Source: Adineta vaga
Taxonomy: Eukaryota; Animalia; Rotifera
Direction of reading: 5' to 3'
DNA length: 64,000 bases
Assembly: GCA_021613535.1 (NCBI GenBank)
Contig: CP075493.1
Coordinates: forward strand, 10,664,001 to 10,728,000
Below the pieces are notes generated by a model. The model searched no databases. It worked only from the letters and a program-made list of their open reading frames with translations, and was not told the origin of the DNA. Shown here piece by piece: positions 50,946-64,000 of this stretch. How positions within the stretch are numbered: position 1 is the first letter of the stretch; the number at the start of each line of letters is the position of its first letter. The position numbers and the translations under genes are program-made.

Positions 50946-51613
50946 ACATTTATATTTATAATATCTGTTTTATGCTTTTCGAGAAAAACAAACTTTCGCT
51001 ATCTTTAGATATTCTCTTTTTTTCCTTCTTTTTATGGTAGAATAAAATAGATTTTTAAAAAGGAAAATTAGTGATTGTAAATGTAGTAATCACAATTATT
51101 TTAGATTGTATAAATCTATTTCTTTCATTTGTTGATGTGAATTTGTGAGTTGAGAGTATGTTTAACAACATATGAAATCATTGATAAACAGTTCAAATTC
51201 CAGAACAAATACGGAAAAATATTCATGACATGTCAAATTCAATATTCTAAGTGAAGTCTCAATACAAGCAATAATTATAATGAATGCATTGAAAGTAAAA
51301 CATCAGATGTAGTGCAATACATTAAATATTCTTTTGTTCTACAAAGAATTATTTACGATCGACTGTTTTCAACCAACAACTTTTATCTATTGTGTATGGC
51401 ATGTGATGTTTTACGATCAGATAGTATAATTTCCAAGTATTTTGATGGATAGATTTTATTTATAGAAAGATTATAAAATGATAAGAAACAAATTAAAGGG
51501 AAGAATCGGTCAATAAAATGATAATAAACTAATTGATCGATCTTTATAAGCCTTTGAAAAGCACAGATTTTCTTATATCTATCTTCACGATTGAATCTTG
51601 AATATTATTCGTG

Positions 51614-53285
51614 ATGTTGCGAATAATTTTTCTTGTTGGTTGTATCTTTGAATTTGCTGTTTTAATTACAGCAATGACTATGAATAAAGATCAAATTTCT
51701 GGAATTCGATATGCATCATCAGTGCAAATTAATGAGGTTTTGGACCATCTCAATGCTTTACAGAGTATTGCAACAACTTCGAATGGAAATCGAGCTGTGA
51801 ATACAACTGGTTTCAATCGTACTCTTGATTATATTACTGATTATCTTGAGACAAATACAAATTTCATTATTACAAAGCGATTTTTTTCACGAGGAAATTC
51901 TCAATTACTTCGTAATCCAACATTTATATCAATTACTAATGGAGTTGTTAAAACACATACTTATTCGACTAATCTTGCTGTTGCAGAATTTTATCAAGTA
52001 CAATATTCTGGATCAGCATCTTTAATGAGTGACGTTCCACTTATCGTTGTTCCTAATTTAGGTTGTTCAGAGGTTGATTGGAATGCAGCACAACCATCTG
52101 TAGCTGGTCGTGTAGCTATTGTTAAACGAGGTGATTGTACTTTTGAAGAAAAAGCTCGTCTTGCTGCTCAATACAAAGTTGCAGCACTACTGATTTACAA
52201 CGATGGGAGAGCTACTGATGGTACTCGGCCTATTTCTATCAGTATTGGTGTAAATAATCGTGTTCCAGCACTCTTTCTATCATATTCTCTTGGACAAACA
52301 TTAGTAACTGCAGTAAATGATCCATCACGTATTGTAAATATTCGTCTCAGTATTGCCACTGCTCCATTGGATTCTGTAGGCAATATTTGTGCTGATACAC
52401 GAACTGGTGATCCCACACAAACAATTTTGATTGGTAGTCATAGTGATAGTGTTCCTGCTGGACCTGGAATTAATGATAATGGTAAGAAAAATTATTCTAT
52501 ATTTATAGATTTTCCGATTTTCTTTTCATATATTAGGTAGTGGTAGTGCAGCTAATCTTGCTCTAGCTGCTACTTTAGCACGTCTTATGGAAACAGAAGG
52601 TTATACACCATATCGATATCGTACTCGATTTTGTTGGTGGGGTGCCGAAGAATTAGGACTGTTAGGTTCTAGTTATCATGTATCTGAAGCAAAAAAATCA
52701 ACTATTGTTGGCGAACGCATTACAGATTATCTGATTAATATTAATTTAGATATGATCGGATCACCAAATTTTATTTTTGGTATCTATGATGGTAAAACAG
52801 CTCCTACTTCTACTCCAGCAGCTGCTAAACCAGGAAGTAATAAAATGACTGCTTTATTTCAAGATTGGTTTAATCAAAATAAACTACCTTGGGATTATAC
52901 AAAATTTGATGGTCGTAGTGATTATGGTCCATTTTTAGCTGCTGGTATTGCAGCAGGTGGTCTGTTCTCAGGTGACGGAGCGAAGACAACGGAACAACGT
53001 AATCGATATGAAACTATGCTAGGTTCAGGCTTAGGTGGTAGTTCTGGCATTCGATTAGATATATGTTATCATAAAGCTTGTGATAAAACAACTAATATAA
53101 ATGAATTTGCTCTTAATAAAATGATCCAAGCAAGTGCTTATGCTATTGAAAGTCTTGGTCAACAATCCGATTTAAAAACATGGTTATATCCAACCAAAGA
53201 AATTCAACAACTCGAGAAACAATCAGAACCATTCAAATACGAATATAATTCAATGAATGAATACTTTGGAATGCCTTATGAGTGA
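51614..53285 (+). CDS. Secreted M28 aminopeptidase with PA domain (aminopeptidase Y/SGAP-like; HGT candidate), one intron
   Basis: VAIVKRGDCTFEEK (PA), GSHSDSVPAGPGINDNGSG, WWGAEELGLLGS, NLDMIGSPN, DGRSDYGPF, CYHKACD. Confidence 0.92.
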
Positions 53286-54142
53286 CACTGTAACTTTTGT
53301 TTTCCGGTATTTTTCTTTTTCAATTTTCCAATACTGTGAAAACAAATAAATCTTGATCATTCTAATTATCAATATCTCGAAAATTCTAGCTCCACATGTT
53401 TATGTTTGTGTTTCTGTAGGAGAATTCGCCATTAGTTCAACAACTATTAGAACAGATACACTTGAGCCATGTTTCTTCTGCTTGCAAGATTTCTCTTGAA
53501 CAATAAATTACAGTGTTATTCATATCATCACAATTTTTCATTAAAATCACCTTGATCAACGAATACCGAGTCAGTATAAATCTGTGAATGGTATTATAAT
53601 TATTTTCAGGATACGATCATGCTTCTTGACATGAAACTTTACAAACAAATGAAACAAAAAATGATATTATATCTTAAAACTATAGTTGCAATTGCAATGG
53701 CCAATCACCCCCAACGTAGAGGAAAAACGTATCAACGACGAAACATAATTTAATTTATCTGACTTATGTTCATGATTGTCATCTTTTTGTTGCTGCATTG
53801 AATCAATAATTAAAAAAGAATAAAACACATCGCTAGTTGAAAATTCGATATAATTGCTTATTGAATACTGTCAAATATAGAGGAATAACAAATACTAAAA
53901 TTCGAAAGGTTATAAAAGAAACTATTTTATCCAGCATTGTCATAAAGAGAAGATGATTATGTCAACTTGTATCATCACTATACAATGTAACAAACTAGGA
54001 AGCAATTTTATTGTAAATTCATTTCATAAAAATTCATAATTTTGAAAGCAAACTAAGCATACAACATAAAATAATTCACGATAAAAAGTATAGGCATTTC
54101 ATATACGACAGGAGAATATCTACTCTTATATCGCTATTAATT

Positions 54143-55583
54143 TCAAGATCTAATAATCCATTTATTAACCATATTATATTCTCCTTCTAAAACGATCTTA
54201 TAAAAATTTGATCGATATTCTGATATATTAAATACAGCTGATTGATTTATGATTGGAACAGTACCAAGAAGTTTATAATCATCTCTTGAACCATTTTTAA
54301 ACATATTCGTTGTTGTTAACCATACCTTTATATTTCCTGTATTATCAATCATTTTCCATTGAACTGTTAATGCATTACCAGATAATTGAACATTAGGTCT
54401 GGCCAATGAAACTTGTCCAATTAATGGTACACCATCGAATTCTCGTTCTGATTCTAATGGAGCTTTTACTTTCATGAATCTCATCATTGTTGGCATAATA
54501 TCGACTATTGCAGGTTGATATTCTTCAAAATATCGATTCGTATCATGATAATTAGTTACTATCCAAGTAGTTCGTTCTCTTTCTGTTTGATCACCATGAT
54601 TTTGACCAGTAACTGGATCTCGGCCATGATCTGTCGTCAAAATCAAAAGCCATTCTTCGTTGTGATATGTTTGTCGATATTGAATAGCTTCATAAATTCG
54701 TCCGACTTGTTGATCGACATAATCAATTGCTTGATTCATCTGTTCACTATCACCATATTTATGTCCAATATCATCTGTATATTGTAAATATACCCATGAT
54801 ACATCTGGACCATTATCTCTAATACATCTTGATGTTTCATCAACGACACGTTCATCAATACGATGAATATAAAAACTGGCAGAATCATGTGGATAAGTAA
54901 CTAAATCGAATTCATATCCATCGGATTTGTAATCGAATATGAGATTTCCTGCATTAGCTAAACCTTCACCAACAAGTCGAAGACGATTGACAATCCAAGT
55001 TGAAAAGATACCAATCTTTCTTGTTGATTGCTGTTCTTTAATTAATCGAAAAATATTCTTATAATTATAATTTGCATTTCTAACATCATTATCATAAACA
55101 TTGTGTTTATTTCCCCATGTACCTGTGATTAAATTCATATAACCAGGTGCAGATATAGTGATAGTTTCTGAATAAGTACCAATATCACCTCCAACATATG
55201 CTCGTTTATATCTACCAGCTTCTTGAATTTTTCGTATGTTAGGAGCAGGTGCATTTTCGATCGAATTAGCTGATATACCATCAGCAATAATAAATATTAC
55301 TTTTTTGTTAGAAATAACTAAAATAATATGAGAAAAAAACGAATATTTCAGACGATGAATAATAATGAATTTTTTTCTACAATATACCTGTTGAATTTGG
55401 TTTTGATGATACTTTCATAACTACTAATATTAATATAATAATAGTTGCAATTAAAATCAAGATTGCAAGTGCCAAAAGCCATTGTTCGATTTTGATTTTT
55501 TTTCTCCTCACAATTATAACGGTTTCATCTGTTTTTTCGATCTTGTCCTGTACAGGTGATAATTGACCATTGTTTGTAGCCAT
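54143..55583 (-). CDS. Alkaline phosphatase-superfamily phosphodiesterase/nucleotide pyrophosphatase, Bacteroidetes type, with added type II membrane-anchor exon
   Basis: KKVIFIIADGI, RAYVGG, TISAPGY, TGTWGNKHNV, YLQYTDDIGHKYGD, TTDHGRD; exon 1 encodes TM WLLALAILILIATIIILILVVM; intron ~55318-55387. Confidence 0.88.
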
Positions 55584-57676
55584 AAGAAAAGGTGTTTTCG
55601 AAGATTCACCTGAAATATAAAGAAGTTTAATATGTATAAGTTTTATCTAATAAATAAATAGCAGGCAGTCAATTCTATTGAGCTAAAGATTAAAATCTAG
55701 GTTTAGTACATTGTAAACTACATGTTTCATTAAAAAAAGAAAACTATTTATACAATAGCAGCATCATAAACTAAGCTATTGTCCATTCTATCATTACTCT
55801 CAGATTGTAATGGAGAAAACGTTGAGTCGTTCGACATTCTTTTGAAATATAAAATAATAATGAAAAGATAAAATTATACGACTTAGTTAAGAATAAAATT
55901 CTTATCGATTCGAAATATATCACTACTAATATGTGATATTTATCTTTATTGTGCATCTCTTAGATTATTTCTTCTCATTTTTCTTTCTTTTACGTGCTTT
56001 ATTCGATCAAAGTGTATGGTGACCCTATCATTTCTTCCTAATGGATTTTATCTTATGCTTACTTGTCTTTTTCATTATCAATAAGATCTTTCGATTGAAG
56101 GTTACAATGAACTTGACATGTAACATACGTGATGTCTCTTTATATTCGAGTCAAATCGATCCTTTTGTACAAGGCAATATGAAATGAATACTTTACGTTT
56201 GAGATCGATCTTCTTTCTCTTCTTAGATGAACAATAAGAAAAAAGAGACCACAGTTGCCTTTTGAATACAACGATATATAGTTATTTTGATAATGCACAT
56301 AAATCATACCCTTTAGCTTGGAGAATCAATGATGGACAGAATTCTGTTCTTTTAATCTTAGTGAGAAAAAGTCATTCAATAGGTTAGAGCAAACTTACGA
56401 AATGATGTTTATTTCTATAGTTTGTATTTAATCATTTTTATATTCAGCTCTCAAATGGTGTTATTCAAGATTCAGAATTATGAAATTCAATCTTTTAGAA
56501 ATGCATAAACAGATTCTTACACGGCTATGTTTGCATGTTCGTAGAACAAAACTATGTTTTTTGTTATTAACGATATATATACGAGAAATAATAACTTACG
56601 TCTATTATCGACTGTAACAATGTTTTCAAAAAAATAAAGACTTTCGAAAACAGTAAGCGCTCAAATCATAAGAAAAAAAACGCATGAATTCATTATTTCT
56701 AGTTTCGGAGAATATTATCTTGTATACGGTCACTTGACAATCATTGTTTTATAATATTTTCCAGTATTTTTATTCAATACTGACTCGATTTGATTCATTT
56801 CCTGTATGTAATTAGTATATTGTGAAGATTCTCATGAATATATTTGAAGAAAAATAATTCATGTTTATTTATACTAATATAATCAAGAATAGAGAAGATA
56901 TTAGTACAAAAAATATCAATTAGTCAGGCATCTACTACGATGAGAAAAAAAAGAATAACAATGAATATGATTTTGAGTACAGAATGCATTGCACTTGTCA
57001 TTAACAACTATAGAAAAGATCAAATGATTCAAGCCATGTAAAATGAGCTAGTATTATATTTCATACAACGAAATAGATAACAAAAGAAATTCTGATTTCT
57101 CATCATCGGAATGAAGACATTGAGTGCAATTTAAAAATGTATCGACGTCATAAGATTAGCCACAATTATAATGATGTCGATCGATCCACTGTAGAATCTA
57201 TTTTACGGCATGTATTATAATACCTAAAGAAATATGCTACTCTTCAAATCAACCTTGTTAAATTATGTTGTTGAATCAAAGAGCAAACTGAATTGACAGT
57301 GTATTCATTGACATTGATAGATAGTTAGGATTAACTGCAAATATCTCTTTATAATTTTTTTTTCGATTCACATTCTCGTTATCGTATAATGAATCGCAGC
57401 TGTGTCATCATTTTTCATTCGATTTTAATATTTGTGTATGTAAAATATAAATCGTAGAAAAATCGCTGAAAATTTCAAAAAGTAATCTGACGAATAAAAT
57501 CAATATTTTTGTCGATATATCCTCATATAGTCAATCGAACGGAATGCATATTTTTTTTCATGTGATTACGCAAGAATTTACACAATTACATCGTCATGTA
57601 TTCAAACGTGGCATTCACGATAACGACATATATATATATACTTCTTTCGTTCCATTCTAATATCGACATATACGAA

Positions 57677-58430
57677 ATGACTAACGATTCAATCACCATA
57701 CCAACAATGACAAATAAAAAACCAATCATTGCCCTCGATTGTGATGGTGTTCTTTTGAATTATCATTCACAATATTCACACATCTACGAAAAGACATTCG
57801 GAACAAAACCAACTGTCGTTTCACCAAAAGCATTTCATGTAAGTTTAGTTAAATTTAGTTTCCAACTCAATGATTCGAATATACAATCAATAGGCTCGTC
57901 ATACATATGGTATTAATTTTAACAATGAAGAAAAAAAACAATTCGACGATGTATGGACTGAACATGGTTGGAGAACAATGCCAACGCATGATGGTGCAGT
58001 TCAAGCATGTCAATTATTACATGATGCTGGCTATGAGTTAATTTGTGTTACAGCAATGCCTGCTCGTTTTATCGAACATCGATTAGAAAATTTTCGTTCA
58101 CATGGATTTCCAATCGACAATATTATCAGTTCAGGTTATAATGCCCAGGACGATAGTCATAATCCAAAACGAGAAATTATTGAAGATTTACATCCAGTTG
58201 CGTTTGTAGATGATTTTCGAAGAAATTTTCGAAATATTGCCGGTGTTCATACAAAACTTGTCTTTATTGATCATGAATATGAAAATGATCCATGTCAACA
58301 TGATAACATCTATTATGATGTCAAATATCCATCATTGTTAGATTTTGTCGAACATTTTTTGAAAACCGAACAACATGGAGAAAGTATCAATTGGCCAGAA
58401 CGACCAGTACATCTTATTCCTTCTAGTTAA
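57677..58430 (+). CDS. HAD-superfamily hydrolase (5'-nucleotidase/phosphatase-like; bacterial/phage type), one intron
   Basis: IALDCDGVLL (DxD), ICVTAMP, NPKREII, FVDDF; intron 57839-57892. Confidence 0.88.
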
Positions 58431-58563
58431 CTTTTTTATTTATTATTTTCGAAATGTTAAACCTTATTTGTTTCCAATAAACGATCATCATATATCATCT
58501 CTCGCTAAAATATTTATTATTGATATAAATATTCTACAAAAAGAATTGTTTGATAGAAACTAT

Positions 58564-60192
58564 TTAGTCTTCTAATCCTGGAAATTGTTTGTTACGAATA
58601 ATATCAAAAAATAATTTATGATCACGTCGAACTAAAGCTCCATAAACCTAAAATATAGAAGAAGACGAATCAAATTATTATTCTTTCTAACAAATCTCTC
58701 ATCTCTAACCATTCCAAATTCTACCATTTCATCAATAAATTCATTGTCATGACCATGAATAGCATCACGGATTGTTTTTTCGATATGTCGTGGTATAACT
58801 GAGAATGGTAAACAAGCAGCATCTTTCGGTGTATTAATACAATCCGAATCGGCGACGCAATGAATTTTCGCTAGATGAAAAGAAAAAACAAAATTTATAT
58901 TTCAATAGGCAAATATCTTCAATTAACCTGTTGCTTGTCCTAAATATCCAACAACTTCAAGAACATCATTGAAATCATTAATATTCTTCCAATCTAAATC
59001 TTCGGCATGTGCAGTAACTTCATCAACTAAACAAGGAACTGATCCAAGTGTTGTATAACCTAACCATTTCGGTGTCGCTGCTTGCATTGCATATGAACAA
59101 AGAACAATACGAAGACCATCATGATGAAAATATTTTTCTAGATCCGGATGTTCAATGACATAACTAATTGCTGATTTTTGTGCTGGTTTCATATAGAGAA
59201 CAACATCATTTTCAAGTGTTTCTGTTGGACCTTCGACTAAGATTGAATAGGAAATTTTACCAGCCGATCCAACACCTGGTGATGAACGTGCAATGATATC
59301 TTTTATTCGATAATCTTTTCGTCCTTCGTGATCATTCTTTCTTTTCGATTCAGGAATTGATTTAACATATTCATGAAAAGCCTAGAAACAAAATATCACA
59401 TGCCTATTTTTTCGATTTGTTTTTTTTTACCCGAAGAATTTCTTCTCTTGTTTTCTGATCAACATCTTTGTTTGTTTCTGATCGTTTAAATTTTCGATCA
59501 TAATTTTCAATATTTGTCATTGCATTCAAATGAGCCACATGATCTTTCGTTCGAGTTTCATTCAATAATTTTTTAATTTTTCCAGTTGTATTTTGCAATG
59601 TTAATGAAAAATGATCATTGGCTTGTCGATAAAAATCATAAACTTTTTTCAAATATGATTCTGCACAAGAACGTAAAACATCTTGAATTTCACTATCGGA
59701 AAAACCTTTACTATGACAAATTAAATATAACGATGCTAATAAACGTTTAACATCCCATGTAAATGGCCCACAATAACCTTCATCGAAATCATTGACATCA
59801 AAATTCAATATGCCATGATTATCCAAATAAGTACCGAAATTTTCAGCATGTAAATCTCCCTAGAGAAGAATAAAGATAAGAATTTTATGAATAGTAATAT
59901 TTACATGTATAAAGACATGTCCAGCTTCTTTATTGCCATGAATCCATTGATCTTTATCGATTTTTAAATCTTGATAGAATAGGAGTGCGGATCCACGATA
60001 GAAATTGAATGCTGTCGAAGCCATTTTACGAAAACGACCCATAAATGCTTTTGGATTGTCTCGAATGGCATCAGCAAAAAATTTGCTAAAAACATCAACT
60101 ATATATTTTGCTCGTTCATTATCACTTGTCGATCGAATTCGTTCAATCGCTTTTTCATGTGCATTACATTCGATTGATAATTTCGTTGACAT
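58564..60192 (-). CDS. DUF2252 family protein (kinase/APH-like fold; bacterial type), 4 introns
   Basis: RFRKMASTAFNFYRGSALLFYQD, HGDLHAENFG, FDVNDFDEG, WDVKRL, GVGSAG, MKPAQKS, MQAATPKWLG, LGQATAKIH. Confidence 0.9.
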
Positions 60193-61122
60193 GATAGTTC
60201 GTCTGTTCTTCGTATTTCTTTTTGAAAGAATAAAAAAATCGAGTTGATCGGTGACTTTTTTTTACCGGTTGTTAGACATTTCTTTTGCGGCAGAAACTAT
60301 TGACAATCGTTGACAAGAATTCGTATTGTTTATTACTGAATTTTTGTTTTGACGACGATGTGAAACGTTCTATTAACATACTTTACACTCCTCCCTCTAA
60401 GAAACATTTGAAAAATTATAATAATAATAATAAAAAGGAAACTCATGTTTATTCAAATATCAAATGCATAAATAATCAAAAGAATCTATTTTTATGCGTC
60501 GATTTAAGATAAAAGTTTTGCTAATCTACTTATTTTATTCGTTGTTTCTCTAATAGATTTAATTTGAGTAATCAAACATCTGAAATTGACTTCAGCATGA
60601 AAATATTTCTCTACGGGATACATCAATACATTAGAAATTGATGAATAAACAAGAAAAAATATCTTTGTAACCTTGAAAATGACTTGATTGTTCGTTTTCT
60701 AACTATTGTCAAGAGATTCCATCTAGTCTAACTTCTATATTGTACATATACGAATCAATATTCATAAGAGAAATGAATAGGTATATTTCTTTCGTTTATA
60801 ATTCATTGAGAGTAAATAAAGTCTTGTTTAATTTTATTTTAGAGACACGTTAACTAACGAGTCTTGATAATGATATAAATTCCACGAAAAAAAAGAAAAA
60901 AAAAAGAAAAGCAATAAATTGTACCTAGAGAGAAACACACATAGTCTTTTGTTTTGTTTTTTTGTTGTTGTCTAAAAGGTAAACGAAAGAACATGGACTA
61001 GAAGAAGAGAATAGGCGAGAGAAAGAAAGGATATATCATTCTGGTAGGAGAATTTTCAAGAGACTAAGACTACCACAACATATGTATGGCACAACATCGA
61101 ATGAAAAGAATTTGTTTGCTTT

Positions 61123-64000
61123 TTAAGATAAAGAATTGTATGAAACTCTTTCTTGATTTGAATAACTCATTAATTTTTGACGAATTTCTCGAATACGTTG
61201 AATAAGATGACGTTTATTCGGAAAGAATTCTTCGTTAGTTATTTGAAATGTCGCTATTGATGAATCTAAATATGAAAATCAGTCAAGAAAAGTTCGCGAA
61301 CATTTCTTTTTGTTTTTCTTCTTCTACCTGATGGATATAATTGTTGTTTAAGAAATTCAATAACTTTCAATCGAGAAGCTAATTGTATTCGATTAGCAGA
61401 TTCATTTGTTGTATGTCGCGTTGAACTAGATTTTATGTATTGATTTTTCATTTCTAAAAATTTCATTTTCATTTTGAAATAATTTCTTCACTATACAAAA
61501 TTTCTTTCTTTTTACCTTCTAGTTTTTTTGTGTAATCAATTGCTGGTTGTTTTATATCAATTGGATTTTGTTCACCAACAATTGATGCCTTTCGTTTACG
61601 CGTTACAATTGAAGATAAATCAGGCATTCCATTACGATCACTAATACTCTGTGATCGAGTCCTTGGACCTTGATTATCCTAAATTACAAATGCATAAAAG
61701 ATTCAATTCTTCATGAAAGAAAAAAAGAAACAACGTCTCTTTCGTATAGAATTAAGATATTCAAAATCGTTTCAAACCTCTGCAATCATGAGTTTTCGTC
61801 GTTTATTTATTGGTTTATCTAAATTCATTTGTTCTTGTTCATTTAAAGTTGAAATTTTATATGAAAAATCATCGTCATTTGATAATTGATATTTCATTGA
61901 TAACATTGGTTTAAAAGATGTTGGTGATGTTTTACTTCTTTCTGATAATGAACTATTTGATCGTGAACTAAATGCTGATAGAATAGTACTACATCCATCG
62001 ATGGATGAACCACTCGAATAACCCGTTGATGATGAACATGAAGATACTAAAATAGTAATTGTTAGAAAAGAAACACATATCAATGAAGATTTTCATTACT
62101 ATATGAATGTGTTGGATGTTCATCAGAAGAGACGGATTTATTCGTTGATTGTAAAGATTTTAATTGTTGTTCAAGATCTATATTTGCTCGACGTTGATGA
62201 ATTAATAATGAAAAAATAGTTCGACAAGTTTCAGTATCAGATACTTGGGATGGTGAATTTGATAATGAATGTTCTGTTGAACAAGGATAAGAATCAATTA
62301 CATGTAATGCTTTATCTGAATCTGCCAAAGTATTATTGTTAGTTTCGGTGTCTAAAATAAAGGAGATTTCTTGATTTCTATTGACTTGATAGAAAGCTTA
62401 TCGCGTATTTTTCCAATTTGTCTGCATTAGAATTATCTTTCTGATAATGTATATCAGCAAACAACAACAAAAAAGAACTTCCGTTGAAACTTTACATATT
62501 AATCAACTAATCATTTGTGATTTAGAGTAATAATTTCTCTTCTCTACTTAATCTGTTTTTCGTGTTAGATTTCTTTTCTCATTTCTTATATCAATGCCAA
62601 ACTAATCAGATAAACTATGAAAAATATACATAAATGTTGGCTTTTTTTTCTCCTGGCGAAGATTAATTGTAATTTAATAAAATAGATCATATCGATTGGC
62701 ATGTAGTTTCTTTAGTAAGATTATCAGATGTACGTGTGTTGTTAAACGTTGACCTCGATGTTAATCAAAATGAAACGATTAAGTATTTGCCTTTTCTTTT
62801 TTAAGATACGATCAGTAAAAACTCCTGTATTTTAGAAAATTTAATTATCTTTACCATCATTTGATGCATTCGGTTGTAATTGATCTGTAGTATTGCATGT
62901 TATATTGGCATGAATAGGAACAGGTGTTATCAAATTTGTGACAGATGATGTTGTTTCACCGGATGGTTTTGTAATCGGTGAGAAACATTCGGTTAATTTC
63001 GGCATATTTGTACAAATCTAATGAAAAGATTTATAAATAGAAAGAAGTTTTGACGAAAACGGGAAAAAAACATAAGTACTTGTGCAAATGCTTGAAGTGG
63101 ATCGGGTGAAGGCGATGTTGATGATGTATTTCTTTGATTCGATTGTAGTCGCGCTGATCTTCGTACTTGTTCATTATTTTGTTCATTGATTTCTTTGGCT
63201 CGTATTTTATATTGTTGTTGTTGATCTTGTGTTAATGAATACCATTTTTCTCCGAGCATTTTCGATACATTCCGATTGTCATGATGTGGATTTTCAAGAT
63301 GAATTTTGCCTCGTTCTTCTTGAGAAAATAACATGAAAGCATTGATTGGACGTCGAGGAGACTTTTCTTTTGATGGTGTTTGTTCAGTTGAAAGTACCGG
63401 TGTTGTCGATGTTGAAGGAAGATTTGAATTTTGTTGTTTTTCTTTTAAAGATAAATGTCTTGAACAATAACTAAAACGTTGCGATTCTTTGGAACAATTT
63501 TTAAACGAACAAAGTCGTCGCCATTGTTTTCCATTGTATCGTTTTCGAACTTGCGAGTCCGTGACAATAATATCACCTTTACGATAAGATTTTTCTGTTG
63601 GTATATTCGTTGAAATGTTACTAAGTAAAGAATTTTTACCCGATAATGAATTTATAGAAGAATCTAGAAAAAGATAAGAATTCAATTTAATCAATAAGAT
63701 AATATTCGTACCATTTCGAGTATTTTGTGTAGGAAACAATCGTGTATGTTGCAGTACAGCATACCAATCAATTGAAAATTCTAAACATACGAGAAAGAAT
63801 ATGAAGAAGAAAATCTTGAAAATTTCAAAACAAACCATCATGCCATGGTGGTAGAAATAATCGAATCGCTTGTCTTGGTACACATAAACTTTCATTTTGA
63901 TCTGGAAATAAAATTTGAAATTTTCCTTCTTTTGTTTTTTCTGTTATAATTGCCATTTGATAAATCGGTGAATTTGATTGATTTTTACATAAAATATATT
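61123..64000 (-). CDS. CIC: Capicua transcriptional repressor (CIC-L type), 5' end outside the window
   Basis: N1 domain YRKGDII...[13 protein letters not shown]...[14 protein letters not shown]; HMG box [12 protein letters not shown]...[16 protein letters not shown]; C1 domain LYPS...[20 protein letters not shown]. Confidence 0.88.

Noticed and set aside
50283-60192. Bacterial contamination or a transferred operon
   Set aside because: Spliceosomal introns, host-like AT content, mixed strands, long spacers and metazoan flanking genes.

Overview
AT-rich (roughly 30% GC by eye) eukaryotic genomic DNA with compact genes and many ~45-65 nt GT-AG introns. The signal-peptide/ATEL-terminated group 3 LEA gene, the B-box and ART gene families and the many bacterial-type genes with introns point to a bdelloid rotifer (Adineta-like). 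About 30 genes can be assembled. Metazoan core genes: GH31 glucosidase, beta-carbonic anhydrase, two near-identical NCS EF-hand genes, SIAE, GCNA, cyclin I/G, RPS7, RNF126/115, ENY2, an IgLON-like gene, GTF2H5, SNRNP25 and capicua. Stress/desiccation-type genes: LEA, a minimal small HSP and a helical hydrophilin-like domain. Also present: a degraded mariner with a rearranged end, a 92-bp piggyBac-type MITE, an ART-LRR pseudogene, and a ~10-kb run of five bacterial-type enzyme genes (50.3-60.2 kb). Most notable: (i) GTF2H5 and SNRNP25 lie in frame only 6 nt apart (dicistronic or readthrough unit); (ii) a phase-compatible splice joins a TRIM-type B-box/coiled-coil exon to a hidden CAHS/LEA-like helical domain; (iii) LEA micro-exons are exact 33-nt multiples matching the 11-mer repeat; (iv) a secreted stand-alone RyR-repeat protein of prokaryote/virus type; (v) a secreted, apparently catalytically dead peptidase-M15-like protein; (vi) two Arg-rich/(Gly5Cys)n paralogs. 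All homology calls are from motif recognition; no searches were run.
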